The translations under genes were made by a program, and so were the position numbers. From assembly GCA_017161655.1 (NCBI GenBank), contig JADFCV010000004.1:75378-139377 (forward strand): 64,000 nucleotides of DNA. Reading direction: 5' to 3'. A model generated the notes under the pieces. The model saw only the letters and a list, made by a program, of their open reading frames with translations. It did no database searches and was not told the origin of the DNA. Below, piece after piece: positions 45,751 to 54,495 of the stretch (positions within the stretch are counted from its first letter, which is position 1; each line of letters starts with the position of its first letter). Origin of the DNA: Candidatus Sumerlaeota bacterium (lineage in GTDB: Bacteria; Sumerlaeota; Sumerlaeia; Sumerlaeales; Sumerlaeaceae).

Positions 45751-47678
45751 CGAGCACTGTCCAGGTCGATTTAGAAACTTTCGTCGAACAATATCAAAAG
45801 GCGGCCGCACAGATTCGACAGCGAATCATTGTCTGCGCTGGAACGGGGTGCGTCGCGAGTGGGTCGCTCAAAGTCTACGAAAGATTTGTTCGAGAGCTCC
45901 AGCTGTGGGGGCTCGACGTCGATGTTGAGCTACGCGTGGAAGCGAATGAAGAAGCGCCAGACCATGCGCAGCCGAGTCCGTCGAAGTACCTGGTCACTCG
46001 CAGCGGGTGCCAAGGGTTTTGCCAGATGGGACCGCTGGTCTCGATCCTTCCTCAAAAGGTCTTCTATGTCCGCGTCAAACCTGAAGACGTTCCTGAAATT
46101 GTCCAGAAAACGCTCCTCGGCGGCGAAACGGTGGACCGCCTACTCTATCAGGACCCAAAGACGAAGAAACGCGCGGTCAACACAGATCACATCGACTTTT
46201 ACAAAAAGCAACATCGCTTAGTGTTAGCCCAGTGCGGGGTTATTGATCCCGAAAACATCGATGAGTATCTTGGGATTGGCGGATACCAGGCTGCACGGCG
46301 CGCATTTACCCAAATGTCGCCCGAGCAGATCTGCAAAATCATCACCGACTCTGGTTTGCGCGGCCGTGGTGGCGGAGGCTTCCCCACCGGCGTGAAGTGG
46401 GATGCTGCACGCAAACAACCGGGCGACACAAAGTATGTGATTTGCAACGGTGACGAGGGCGACCCGGGAGCTTTCATGGACCGCAGCGTGATGGAGGGCA
46501 ACCCCCATGCCGTGCTCGAAGGGATGATGATTGCCGCCCGAGCAATTGGGGCTCACGCCGGCTACATCTACGTACGAGCCGAATATCCCCTCGCTGTGCA
46601 GCGCCTACGCCGAGCCATCCAGGATGCTTATGAGCTGGGTTTGCTCGGTGAGGATCTCTTCGAAACGGGTTACGCTTTCGACATTGAGCTTATGGAAGGT
46701 GCTGGGGCTTTCGTGTGCGGCGAGGAAACGGCGCTCATCGCCTCCATCGAGGGCCAGCGCGGTATGCCTAGACCCAAACCTCCTTTTCCAGCCCAAGCTG
46801 GACTCTGGGGGAAGCCGACCGTGATCAACAACGTGGAGACTCTTGCCACCGTTCCCCTTATCCTGCGCCATGGCCCCGAGAAATTCCGTGCCCTCGGCAC
46901 GCCTTCCAGCCCAGGGACCAAGACCTTTGCCCTCACCGGGCACGTGCCTAATACGGGGCTCATCGAGGTGCCTTTTGGTGCCACACTGCGCCAGATTATT
47001 TTCGATATTGGAGGAGGCGTCACTGACGCCAGAGGACGCATCCGCGAGGACGCTTTCAAGGCCGTGCAAATTGGCGGACCTTCGGGCGGATGTCTGACTC
47101 GCGAGCACCTCGACCTGCCGCTCGATTTCGATAGCCTCAAAAGCGTTGGGGCGATGGTGGGCTCCGGTGGACTCGTTGTCATGAATTCGCAAACCTGCAT
47201 GGTGCAGGTGGCGCGCTTCTTCATGCAATTCACTCAGAACGAAAGCTGTGGCAAATGCGTTCTCTGCCGTGAAGGCACAAAGCAGATGCTCGCCTTGCTG
47301 GACGAGATCATCGAAGGTCGCGGCACGCAGCAGACCCTCGAGTTGCTCGAAATAGTCGCTCGTACGGTCCAAAAGGGCTCGCTTTGCGGTCTCGGCAAGA
47401 CTGCGCCAAATCCGGTCCTCTCGACACTGCGTTACTTCCGGAAGGAATACGAGGCCCACATCGAGTTCAAACGCTGTCCCGCGGGGCAGTGCAAAGCGCT
47501 GGCTGTTCCCACGATCCTAGCAGAGCGTTGCCGTGGCTGCGGCCTCTGCATTCGTGCGTGCCCCGTCGGCGCCATCACAGGTGAGCGCAAAAAACCGCAT
47601 GTGATTGACCAAGATCGCTGCATACGCTGCGGGGCCTGCTTCACCGCCTGCAAACTCGACGCCATAACCTATGCCTAA
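45747..47678 (+). CDS. hydB: [FeFe]-hydrogenase NuoF-like subunit (NADH/FMN-binding, Fe-S)
   Basis: N-terminal [2Fe-2S] domain, FMN/NADH site (GRGGGGFPTGVKW), SLBB, NuoF 4Fe-4S, two C-terminal ferredoxin motifs. ATGA overlap with hydC. Confidence 0.9.
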   Translation: MTSTVQVDLETFVEQYQKAAAQIRQRIIVCAGTGCVASGSLKVYERFVRELQLWGLDVDVELRVEANEEAPDHAQPSPSKYLVTRSGCQGFCQMGPLVSILPQKVFYVRVKPEDVPEIVQKTLLGGETVDRLLYQDPKTKKRAVNTDHIDFYKKQHRLVLAQCGVIDPENIDEYLGIGGYQAARRAFTQMSPEQICKIITDSGLRGRGGGGFPTGVKWDAARKQPGDTKYVICNGDEGDPGAFMDRSVMEGNPHAVLEGMMIAARAIGAHAGYIYVRAEYPLAVQRLRRAIQDAYELGLLGEDLFETGYAFDIELMEGAGAFVCGEETALIASIEGQRGMPRPKPPFPAQAGLWGKPTVINNVETLATVPLILRHGPEKFRALGTPSSPGTKTFALTGHVPNTGLIEVPFGATLRQIIFDIGGGVTDARGRIREDAFKAVQIGGPSGGCLTREHLDLPLDFDSLKSVGAMVGSGGLVVMNSQTCMVQVARFFMQFTQNESCGKCVLCREGTKQMLALLDEIIEGRGTQQTLELLEIVARTVQKGSLCGLGKTAPNPVLSTLRYFRKEYEAHIEFKRCPAGQCKALAVPTILAERCRGCGLCIRACPVGAITGERKKPHVIDQDRCIRCGACFTACKLDAITYA

Positions 47679-47702
47679 GCCAAACAGTCAGGAGTGTGAG
47701 TC

Positions 47703-49739
47703 ATGACTCCCCAAGTGCACCAAAACAAACTTCTCATAGACGGACGAGAAGTCACCTTTAGTCGCGAACGCAATCTGCTCGAAGTTTGCCGTAAGGCAGA
47801 CATCGACATCCCCACATTTTGCTATCACTCCCACCTCAGCATTTACGGAGCTTGCCGCTTGTGCCTCGTGGAAGTGGAGGGACTCGGCATTGTCACTTCT
47901 TGCACCACTGTGCCCAAGCCCGACATGCGCGTGCGAACCACCTCGCCGGAAATCCGCGAAATGCGTCGTGTCGCTGTCGAACTCTTGCTAGCCAGCCACG
48001 ACCGCGACTGTCCGACCTGCCCCAAAAACGCCACTTGTAAATTGCAATCCATAGCACGCCGCCTTGGCGTCCGCGAAGTGCGTTTCAAAACAACTGTGCA
48101 AGGCATGCCTCTGGATAAATCCTCTCCGGCTATCGAACGGAATCCAAACCGCTGTATCCTGTGCGGCGACTGTGTCCGCGTTTGTCGAGAGATTCAGTCC
48201 GTCGGAGCAATCGATTTTGCTTTCCGCGGCAGCAAGACTGTGGTCGCGCCTGCCCTTGGCCGTCCGCTTGGCGCCAGTGAGTGTGTGCATTGCGGCCAAT
48301 GTGCTGCTGTTTGCCCCACTGGCGCGATTGTACCCAAGAGTGAAATCGAAGAAGTGTGGCAGGCTTTGGCCGACCCTGAGAAAAAGGTCATTGCCCAAAT
48401 TGCACCCGCAGTGCGCGTCGCGATCGGTGAGGCGTTTGGGCTGCCTAGCGGCACCGTGGCCACAGGGCAAATCGCAGCCGCGCTGCGAAGGCTTGGCTTC
48501 GTCCAGGTTTACGACACCTCTTTTGCAGCTGATCTTACGGTAATCGAAGAGGGCACAGAGTTTCTCAACCGCAAGCAACGCGGCGGAAATCTGCCGATGT
48601 TCACATCCTGTTGTCCGGCGTGGGTGAAATTCGCTGAGCAATACTATCCCTCCCTGCTTGGGAATCTCAGTTCTTGCCGTTCCCCGCAGCAAATGTTTGG
48701 TTCTCTCGCGAAGGCAACCTTGCCGGCTGCGCTCGGCATCAAGCCCGAGCAGCTTGTTTGCGTCTCGATTATGCCTTGCACCGCGAAGAAGTTTGAGGCG
48801 CGCCGACCAGAATTCGAGCGAGACGGAATCCGGGACGTCGACTATGTTTTGACCACTCAAGAGCTCATTGCCATGATTGAGGCACAGGGGTTTGATCTCG
48901 CCAGCCTGCGTCCTGAGCCGATGGACCTTCCCTTTGGTCAAAAATCTGGAGCCGGAATCATCTTCGGAACGTCAGGCGGCGTCGCTGAGGCCGTCCTTCG
49001 CTACGTTCTCTCCAAGACTTATGCCACTGATCTTGCCCGCATCGAATTCCAGGAAGTGCGAGGTTCCGAAGGGACTCGTGAGGCGACGGTCGAAATTGGG
49101 GGCGCTCCCATCCGTATTGCTGTGGTGCATGGACTTGCTCAGGCGCGCCGCCTTGCGGAAAAAGTCATCGCTGGCGAAACTTCTTACGACCTTGTCGAAG
49201 TCATGGCATGTCCGATGGGCTGTGTGGGCGGGGCTGGTCAACCAGTTGCCACGCGCCGCAACACTCTGGCAAAGCGGGCGGCTGCACTCTATGACATTGA
49301 CCGGTGCGTCGAAATCCACACTCCCCAGCAGAATCCAGCGATCGTGGAGTGCTACCGCGACGTCCTCAAGGCTCCGGCTAGTCCGAAAGCGCACGAACTG
49401 CTGCACACTCACTACGTCAGCCGTCGACGTGTCATCGCCGAGCCACTAGAAATTGCATGCCCCAAAGAAGCGCGAATCGAGGTTACGGTTTGTGTGGGAA
49501 CAAACTGTTTTCTGCGCGGGAGCCGACAGCTTCTCGACGAAATTGTGCGAGCTGTACAGGCCCGTGGCTGGGCAGAAAAAGTAGCAGTCAAAGGAACGTT
49601 CTGCTTTGAGAATTGCCGCAAAGGGCCAAACGTGGCCGTGGGCAAAAAGCTGATCAGCGAGGCAACAGCAGATGTGGTTCTCCAGGAAATCGAGAACCAG
49701 CTGCCCCAAAAAGAAAACCGCGAACTGGCCGTGAGGTAG
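47703..49739 (+). CDS. hydA: [FeFe]-hydrogenase catalytic subunit HydA (group A3-type; C-terminal small-subunit-like and [2Fe-2S] domains)
   Basis: Canonical H-cluster motifs L1 FTSCCPAW, L2 MPCTAKKFE, L3 EVMACPMGCVGGAGQP. N-terminal [2Fe-2S] and 4Fe-4S domains. C-terminal NuoE-like [2Fe-2S] domain. Confidence 0.9.
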   Translation: MTPQVHQNKLLIDGREVTFSRERNLLEVCRKADIDIPTFCYHSHLSIYGACRLCLVEVEGLGIVTSCTTVPKPDMRVRTTSPEIREMRRVAVELLLASHDRDCPTCPKNATCKLQSIARRLGVREVRFKTTVQGMPLDKSSPAIERNPNRCILCGDCVRVCREIQSVGAIDFAFRGSKTVVAPALGRPLGASECVHCGQCAAVCPTGAIVPKSEIEEVWQALADPEKKVIAQIAPAVRVAIGEAFGLPSGTVATGQIAAALRRLGFVQVYDTSFAADLTVIEEGTEFLNRKQRGGNLPMFTSCCPAWVKFAEQYYPSLLGNLSSCRSPQQMFGSLAKATLPAALGIKPEQLVCVSIMPCTAKKFEARRPEFERDGIRDVDYVLTTQELIAMIEAQGFDLASLRPEPMDLPFGQKSGAGIIFGTSGGVAEAVLRYVLSKTYATDLARIEFQEVRGSEGTREATVEIGGAPIRIAVVHGLAQARRLAEKVIAGETSYDLVEVMACPMGCVGGAGQPVATRRNTLAKRAAALYDIDRCVEIHTPQQNPAIVECYRDVLKAPASPKAHELLHTHYVSRRRVIAEPLEIACPKEARIEVTVCVGTNCFLRGSRQLLDEIVRAVQARGWAEKVAVKGTFCFENCRKGPNVAVGKKLISEATADVVLQEIENQLPQKENRELAVR

Positions 49740-49745
49740 CTCACC

Positions 49746-51530
49746 ATGGTCCCGCAAGCGCTCCAGAAACCGCCGCTCATATCCACAAATCGCGCCAAGT
49801 GTCGCGACTGTTACCGTTGCGTCCGGATGTGCCCCGTTAAGGCTATTCGGATGAAGGACGGCCAGGCACAGGTGGTGGAGGAGCGGTGCCTCTTCTGTGG
49901 CACCTGTGTGCGGGAGTGCCCTCAAAAGGCTAAAACCATTCGCGACGACACGACGTGGGCCATGGAGCTCCTGGCGCAACGCAAGAAGGTCGCCGCCAGC
50001 GTCGCTCCGACCTATCCAGCAGCCTTTGCAGAGCACGAGGTTCGTCGCCTTGCCAGCGCGCTGCGAAAGCTTGGCTTCGCCTACGTGGGCGAGACGTCTG
50101 TGGGTGCCGATGCTGTGGCTGTGGCCACATCCCGGTGGCTTGCAGAAAACCGCGAGCGCCAGCCGTTGGCTGTGACCAGTGCATGTCCTACCGCCATCCG
50201 CTACATCGAGCTTTACGCACCCGAATCTGTTAGCAGCGTCGTGCCTCTCGTCTCGCCCATGATTGCCCATGCGAAGCATTTGCGGCAGGAAATCGGCGCC
50301 GATGCTGTTGTGTTCATTGGCCCTTGTATCGCCAAGAAATTTGAAGCACAGCGGCCAGAGCATGCTGGACTTGTGGACTGCGTGCTCACCTTTGCGGAGT
50401 TGCGCTCCTGGCTCGAACGCGAAGGTATAGTCTTCGAGCAACTGGAAGAAAGTCGGTTTGATGAAGAAGGTTCCCCGCGCGGGCGTCGCTTTCCTTTGGC
50501 AGGTGGACACCTCCACGCGTCCGAACTTCCCAGCGACCTGCTTCAGCCCGAGGTCTGTGCCGTGACCGGTGTCGAGGCTTTACGGGAATGCTTATCGTTA
50601 GGCGTGCCAGAGCACCCAACAGTTGTTGAGCCTCTTTTCTGTGATGGCGGTTGCATAGGTGGTCCGGGAATCGGATGGGAGGAAAACCATTTTCGACGCA
50701 GACTGCGCGTGTTAGCCCATGCGGCTCGCGCTGCACGGACAAACGGAAAAACCCAAGTACCAGCGCCCACTCCGAAGCTGCTTCAGGGACTGAAAACCAC
50801 TTACCAGCCCCAACCTGTTGACCGCACTTCCCCCAGCGAGGACGCAATTCGCCGCGCCCTTGCCCAGATCGGAAAAATTGATCCACGTGATCAGCTCGAT
50901 TGCGGGGCGTGCGGTTATCGTTCCTGCCGCGAGAAAGCCATCGCCGTGGTACGCGGGCTTGCTGAGCCTGAAATGTGCATGCCTCGTATGCGACTGCTTG
51001 CTGAGCGGCGCATGGATCGCATTATGGAAACGAGCCCCAACGGGATCGTGATTCTCGATCACGAGTTGCGTATCATTGCCATGAATCCGGCGTTCCAAAA
51101 AATGTTCCTGTGTTCTCACCTCGTCCTCGGTCGGCACATCTCATATCTTACAGACGCAACCCCCTTCGAGCAATTGCTTGCCAGTCGTTGCGGCAAGCTG
51201 GAGCGAACAGCGTCGGAACCACGCTACGGCAGAATCTTCCACCAAATCGTTTACGCCCTGGAAGAAGACCAGCAAATCGTCGGGATCTTCGTTGATATCA
51301 CAGAAAGTAGCTTGAACCGCGAAAAGCTGGCGATTGTGCACCGAGAGGCTCTCGATCGTAGCAGGCAACTTCTTGAGCACCAAGTTCGTATGGCCCAGGA
51401 CATCACTCGACTCCTTGCCGAACACACGGCGCACGGCGAGGAGCTCGTGAAAAGCTTGCTTGAAGCAGCACTCGTCGAACCCCACGCCAGCGTTGCCTCA
51501 CACATGGCACTGGCACACAAAGATGCTTAG
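49746..51530 (+). CDS. hydS: HydS-like putative sensory [FeFe]-hydrogenase with C-terminal PAS domain
   Basis: N-terminal 2x[4Fe-4S] ferredoxin. H-domain with degenerate motifs TSACPTA (Cys to Ala), IGPCIAKKFEA (Met to Gly), EPLFCDGGCIGGPGI (Met to Leu). C-terminal PAS-like region. Confidence 0.8.
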   Translation: MVPQALQKPPLISTNRAKCRDCYRCVRMCPVKAIRMKDGQAQVVEERCLFCGTCVRECPQKAKTIRDDTTWAMELLAQRKKVAASVAPTYPAAFAEHEVRRLASALRKLGFAYVGETSVGADAVAVATSRWLAENRERQPLAVTSACPTAIRYIELYAPESVSSVVPLVSPMIAHAKHLRQEIGADAVVFIGPCIAKKFEAQRPEHAGLVDCVLTFAELRSWLEREGIVFEQLEESRFDEEGSPRGRRFPLAGGHLHASELPSDLLQPEVCAVTGVEALRECLSLGVPEHPTVVEPLFCDGGCIGGPGIGWEENHFRRRLRVLAHAARAARTNGKTQVPAPTPKLLQGLKTTYQPQPVDRTSPSEDAIRRALAQIGKIDPRDQLDCGACGYRSCREKAIAVVRGLAEPEMCMPRMRLLAERRMDRIMETSPNGIVILDHELRIIAMNPAFQKMFLCSHLVLGRHISYLTDATPFEQLLASRCGKLERTASEPRYGRIFHQIVYALEEDQQIVGIFVDITESSLNREKLAIVHREALDRSRQLLEHQVRMAQDITRLLAEHTAHGEELVKSLLEAALVEPHASVASHMALAHKDA

Positions 51531-52668
51531 TCTTTACGCAGAAATAGAGGCAGCCGATATCCCGAAAGTCGCCAACGGGATTAGCGGCGACGTCCTCGTA
51601 ACGTTGCGCTATCCCGAGTCCACCTACGTCATGTTAGCTGACGGGCTTAAGAGCGGTATCCACGCCAATCTCGCTGCTCAGTTTGCGTTGGCACGTCTGC
51701 AGGCAAAACTCGAGTGCGGCGCCCCACTCAGCCATGCACTTGCGGACATTCTAACCACTCTCGAGGAAAACCGGCGGAAACTTTCTCTATGGAGTGCGCT
51801 CAGCATTGCCCACATCTTGCCCTCAGGAGCGACGACGGTCTACGCATACGAGATGCCGGATCCTCTTGCTCTCATGCGACGCCGGCTTCACCCCGTTCCT
51901 GCAGAGCACCTCAATCTCGGTGGCGCACTCATTGCCAAATACAACCTGGAACTCAACGAAAACGACGGGCTTCTGCTTTTCTCCGATGGCGTCACACAAG
52001 CGGGTGTTGGAAATGGCCTGACCTGGGGGTGGGGCATCGATGGAATTCGCCGCGAAGGAGAGTTTTTCATCGCCAGCGATTCACTGCGCCGTCTGCCGCA
52101 TTTCCTCGTGCAGCGAGCCAGACAACTTTCAAGTGAGGAGCAATCCGATGATGCCACAGCGGTTTTGGTGCTCCTGCGGCGCGCCAAGCGCGTTGTCGTG
52201 TTCACGGGTCCACCTTCTGATCCCGCTAAGGACTCAGAAATTGTCCAGCAGTTCCTTTCATCTGAAGGCACAAAGATTGTTTGCGGAGGAACAACTGCCG
52301 GCATCGTGGCGCGTGTTCTGGGCACAGAGGCAATTGTCGATCCGAAATCGCTTCACCCATATTGCCCTCCTCGTCTCATTCTCGATGGTGTGGACTATGC
52401 CACCGAGGGAGCCGTGTGCTTAAATCAGCTCTACAATCTCCTCGATGCCGCCCCCACCGCCGTAGAAGAGCGCAACATCGTTGTTCAGCTTTACGAGGAA
52501 TTCATCCGTGCGGACCACATCACGTTCTTGGTGGGGAAATCAGAAAACCCGGCAACAGCTTCTCAGCCCTTTTTTCAAATGGGCATTCTCCGACGCCAGC
52601 AGATTGTCCCTCTCCTCGCGGACAAACTGCGCACGTTGGGGAAGCTCGTCACTATAGAATGGGTCTAA
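51523..52668 (+). CDS. PP2C-type (SpoIIE/RsbU-like) Ser/Thr phosphatase with uncharacterised ~180-aa C-terminal alpha/beta domain
   Basis: PPM motifs (GISGDVL...ADGLKSGIHANLAAQ...DGLLLFSDGV). 8-bp overlap with the hydS stop. C-terminal half (IVCGGTTAGIVARVLG) has no assignable family. Confidence 0.7.
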   Translation: MLSLYAEIEAADIPKVANGISGDVLVTLRYPESTYVMLADGLKSGIHANLAAQFALARLQAKLECGAPLSHALADILTTLEENRRKLSLWSALSIAHILPSGATTVYAYEMPDPLALMRRRLHPVPAEHLNLGGALIAKYNLELNENDGLLLFSDGVTQAGVGNGLTWGWGIDGIRREGEFFIASDSLRRLPHFLVQRARQLSSEEQSDDATAVLVLLRRAKRVVVFTGPPSDPAKDSEIVQQFLSSEGTKIVCGGTTAGIVARVLGTEAIVDPKSLHPYCPPRLILDGVDYATEGAVCLNQLYNLLDAAPTAVEERNIVVQLYEEFIRADHITFLVGKSENPATASQPFFQMGILRRQQIVPLLADKLRTLGKLVTIEWV

Positions 52669-52680
52669 AAGATAAGAAAA

Positions 52681-52756
52681 TGGAGCTGGCGGTCGGATTC
52701 GAACCGACGACCTGCTGATTACAAGTCAGCTGCTCTGCCAGCTGAGCTACGCCAGC
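52681..52756 (-). tRNA. tRNA-Thr (anticodon UGU), CCA-encoded
   Basis: Cloverleaf folds by hand: 7-bp acceptor, GCTC/GAGC D-stem, anticodon loop CTTGTAA, TTCGAAT T-loop. 76 nt including CCA. Confidence 0.85.
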
Positions 52757-52799
52757 ATCCTTAAGAGTTCCGCCAAAGCGTACCGAGAAAAGCCGAAGT

Positions 52800-53390
52800 T
52801 TATTTTTGCCCGGAGGATTTCCCTTCTGCGTTCAGAGCTTCGGGCAATCGGCACAAGACCACGCGATCTTCGCCATCCACTTCCGTCAGGCGCACCTGCA
52901 CAACTTGCGAGTAGTCCGTTTCAATGCGGCGCGCGACGTAATCTGGTTGGATCGGATATTCGCGCAGCCCACGGTCCACAATCACAAGAAGTCGAATCAG
53001 GCGCGGACGCCCAAAATCCACAATTTCATCCAGCCCTGCGCGGATTGTGCGACCGGTGAAAATCACGTCGTCAATCAGGACGATTTTTTTGTCCGTCACA
53101 TCAAAATCGATAGCTGTCTTGCCGACGACCGGTTGCGGCCCAAGCGTTGACAGGTCATCGCGATACAATGTGATGTCAATCTCGCCCGTTTGCACCTTCT
53201 GTCCGTGGTTCTCCTCCAGGAGGCGTGCGATTCGCTGACAAAGATAAATGCCACGGGTCTTGATTCCCAGAAGTACCAGCTGCGGATCATGAGGAAAATC
53301 GCGGTGGAGCGTAGCGGCCAGCAGCGCGAGCTCGCGCGCCAGGTCGTCCGCTTCCATAATGACACGTTCTATTGGAAAATTCTCAGCCAA
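52800..53390 (-). CDS. pyrR: Bifunctional pyrimidine operon regulatory protein / uracil phosphoribosyltransferase
   Basis: PRTase motif KIVLIDDVIFTGRTIRA. PyrR-like length and N-terminus. Confidence 0.88.
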   Translation of the reverse strand: MAENFPIERVIMEADDLARELALLAATLHRDFPHDPQLVLLGIKTRGIYLCQRIARLLEENHGQKVQTGEIDITLYRDDLSTLGPQPVVGKTAIDFDVTDKKIVLIDDVIFTGRTIRAGLDEIVDFGRPRLIRLLVIVDRGLREYPIQPDYVARRIETDYSQVVQVRLTEVDGEDRVVLCRLPEALNAEGKSSGQK

Positions 53391-53551
53391 GGCAGCTCAC
53401 CTTTCCCTAAGTTTTTTGTGCCGTGTTCGCCATGCCGCAACACAGCCGCATGAGCCGTACGCTTTGCTCGGAATCATCCGATCCAAACGCAAGAACAAAG
53501 TGCATCATGACGTCTTTCTGGCTTGTCCTTCGTCTCCGCTGACCCCAAGCG

Positions 53552-54460
53552 TCACTTCAGAAGATCGCTGAGAGCCACATCCAGTGTGGGATGTACGAAC
53601 GCATAGTTTGTTGTCTGGAGTCGCACAGGAATGACGCGTGAGCTGGCCAAAAGCATCTCTTCCGCCATTTCACCCATGAGCAGCCGCAGGATAAAGCCAG
53701 GTGCATGGAAAAATGCTGGTCGATGGAGCGCCCGCGCCAGCAAGCGTGTGAACTCAGCATTACGCACAGGCTCCGGTGCAGTGAAATTCACTGGCCCCTG
53801 CAGCTCATCGTGAGACAGAGTGTGGAGAATGCCGCCGACCACATCGCGAATCGAGATCCAGCTCCACCATTGCTGACCGGACCCTAAACGTCCGCCAAGC
53901 CCCGCGCGAAAAATCGGCAGCATTTGGGCAAGCGCACCGCCTTCGCGCCCCAGCACGATGCCAAAGCGCAGATTCACCACCCGTGTTCCAAGCTCTGTGG
54001 CTTTCTGCGCAGCCGCTTCCCATTCGCGAGCCACCTCGACAAGAAAACCACGGGACCCTGGAGTGCTTTCCTCGGTTAGCAGCTCTTCGCCGCGGTTGCC
54101 GTAATAACCAATGGCCGATGCGCAAAGAAATACTCGCGGCGGCCGTTCGAGCCGACGCAAGGATTCAACAAGGTTGCGTGTCCCCTGAATGCGACTGGTC
54201 CGGATACGTTCCTTTTTTGCCGAAGTCCAGCGCAAGCTTCCAGCAATGCTTTCTCCCGCCAGGTGGACCACCGCATCGCATCCTTCAAGCCGGGAGACGT
54301 CGGAAACACCTTCTTCGACTGACCAGGCCAGTTCGTTTGCTGCGCCAGTAGTCCGGCGGACAAGCCGCAGCACTTCTGCGTGTTGTTCTTCAAGCGCTGC
54401 TGCCACCGCTCGCCCTATGAACCCTGTTGCTCCTGTCATGGCAATACGCATCAGTGCCAC
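53552..54460 (-). CDS. TIGR01777/YfcH-like SDR (NAD-dependent epimerase fold with C-terminal DUF1731)
   Basis: N-terminal GATGFIG Rossmann. C-terminal DUF1731-like segment (RLLMGEMAEEMLLASSRV). Confidence 0.8.
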   Translation of the reverse strand: MALMRIAMTGATGFIGRAVAAALEEQHAEVLRLVRRTTGAANELAWSVEEGVSDVSRLEGCDAVVHLAGESIAGSLRWTSAKKERIRTSRIQGTRNLVESLRRLERPPRVFLCASAIGYYGNRGEELLTEESTPGSRGFLVEVAREWEAAAQKATELGTRVVNLRFGIVLGREGGALAQMLPIFRAGLGGRLGSGQQWWSWISIRDVVGGILHTLSHDELQGPVNFTAPEPVRNAEFTRLLARALHRPAFFHAPGFILRLLMGEMAEEMLLASSRVIPVRLQTTNYAFVHPTLDVALSDLLK

Positions 54461-54495
54461 TCCGTTATCATGTTAGCAAAATCATCCCGATGATG

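Noticed and set aside
46605-50516. Antisense ORFs within hydB/hydA/hydS (46605-47459 -, 47988-48941 -, 49446-50516 -)
   Set aside because: Same reasoning: embedded antisense to well-supported hydrogenase genes, with no independent evidence.
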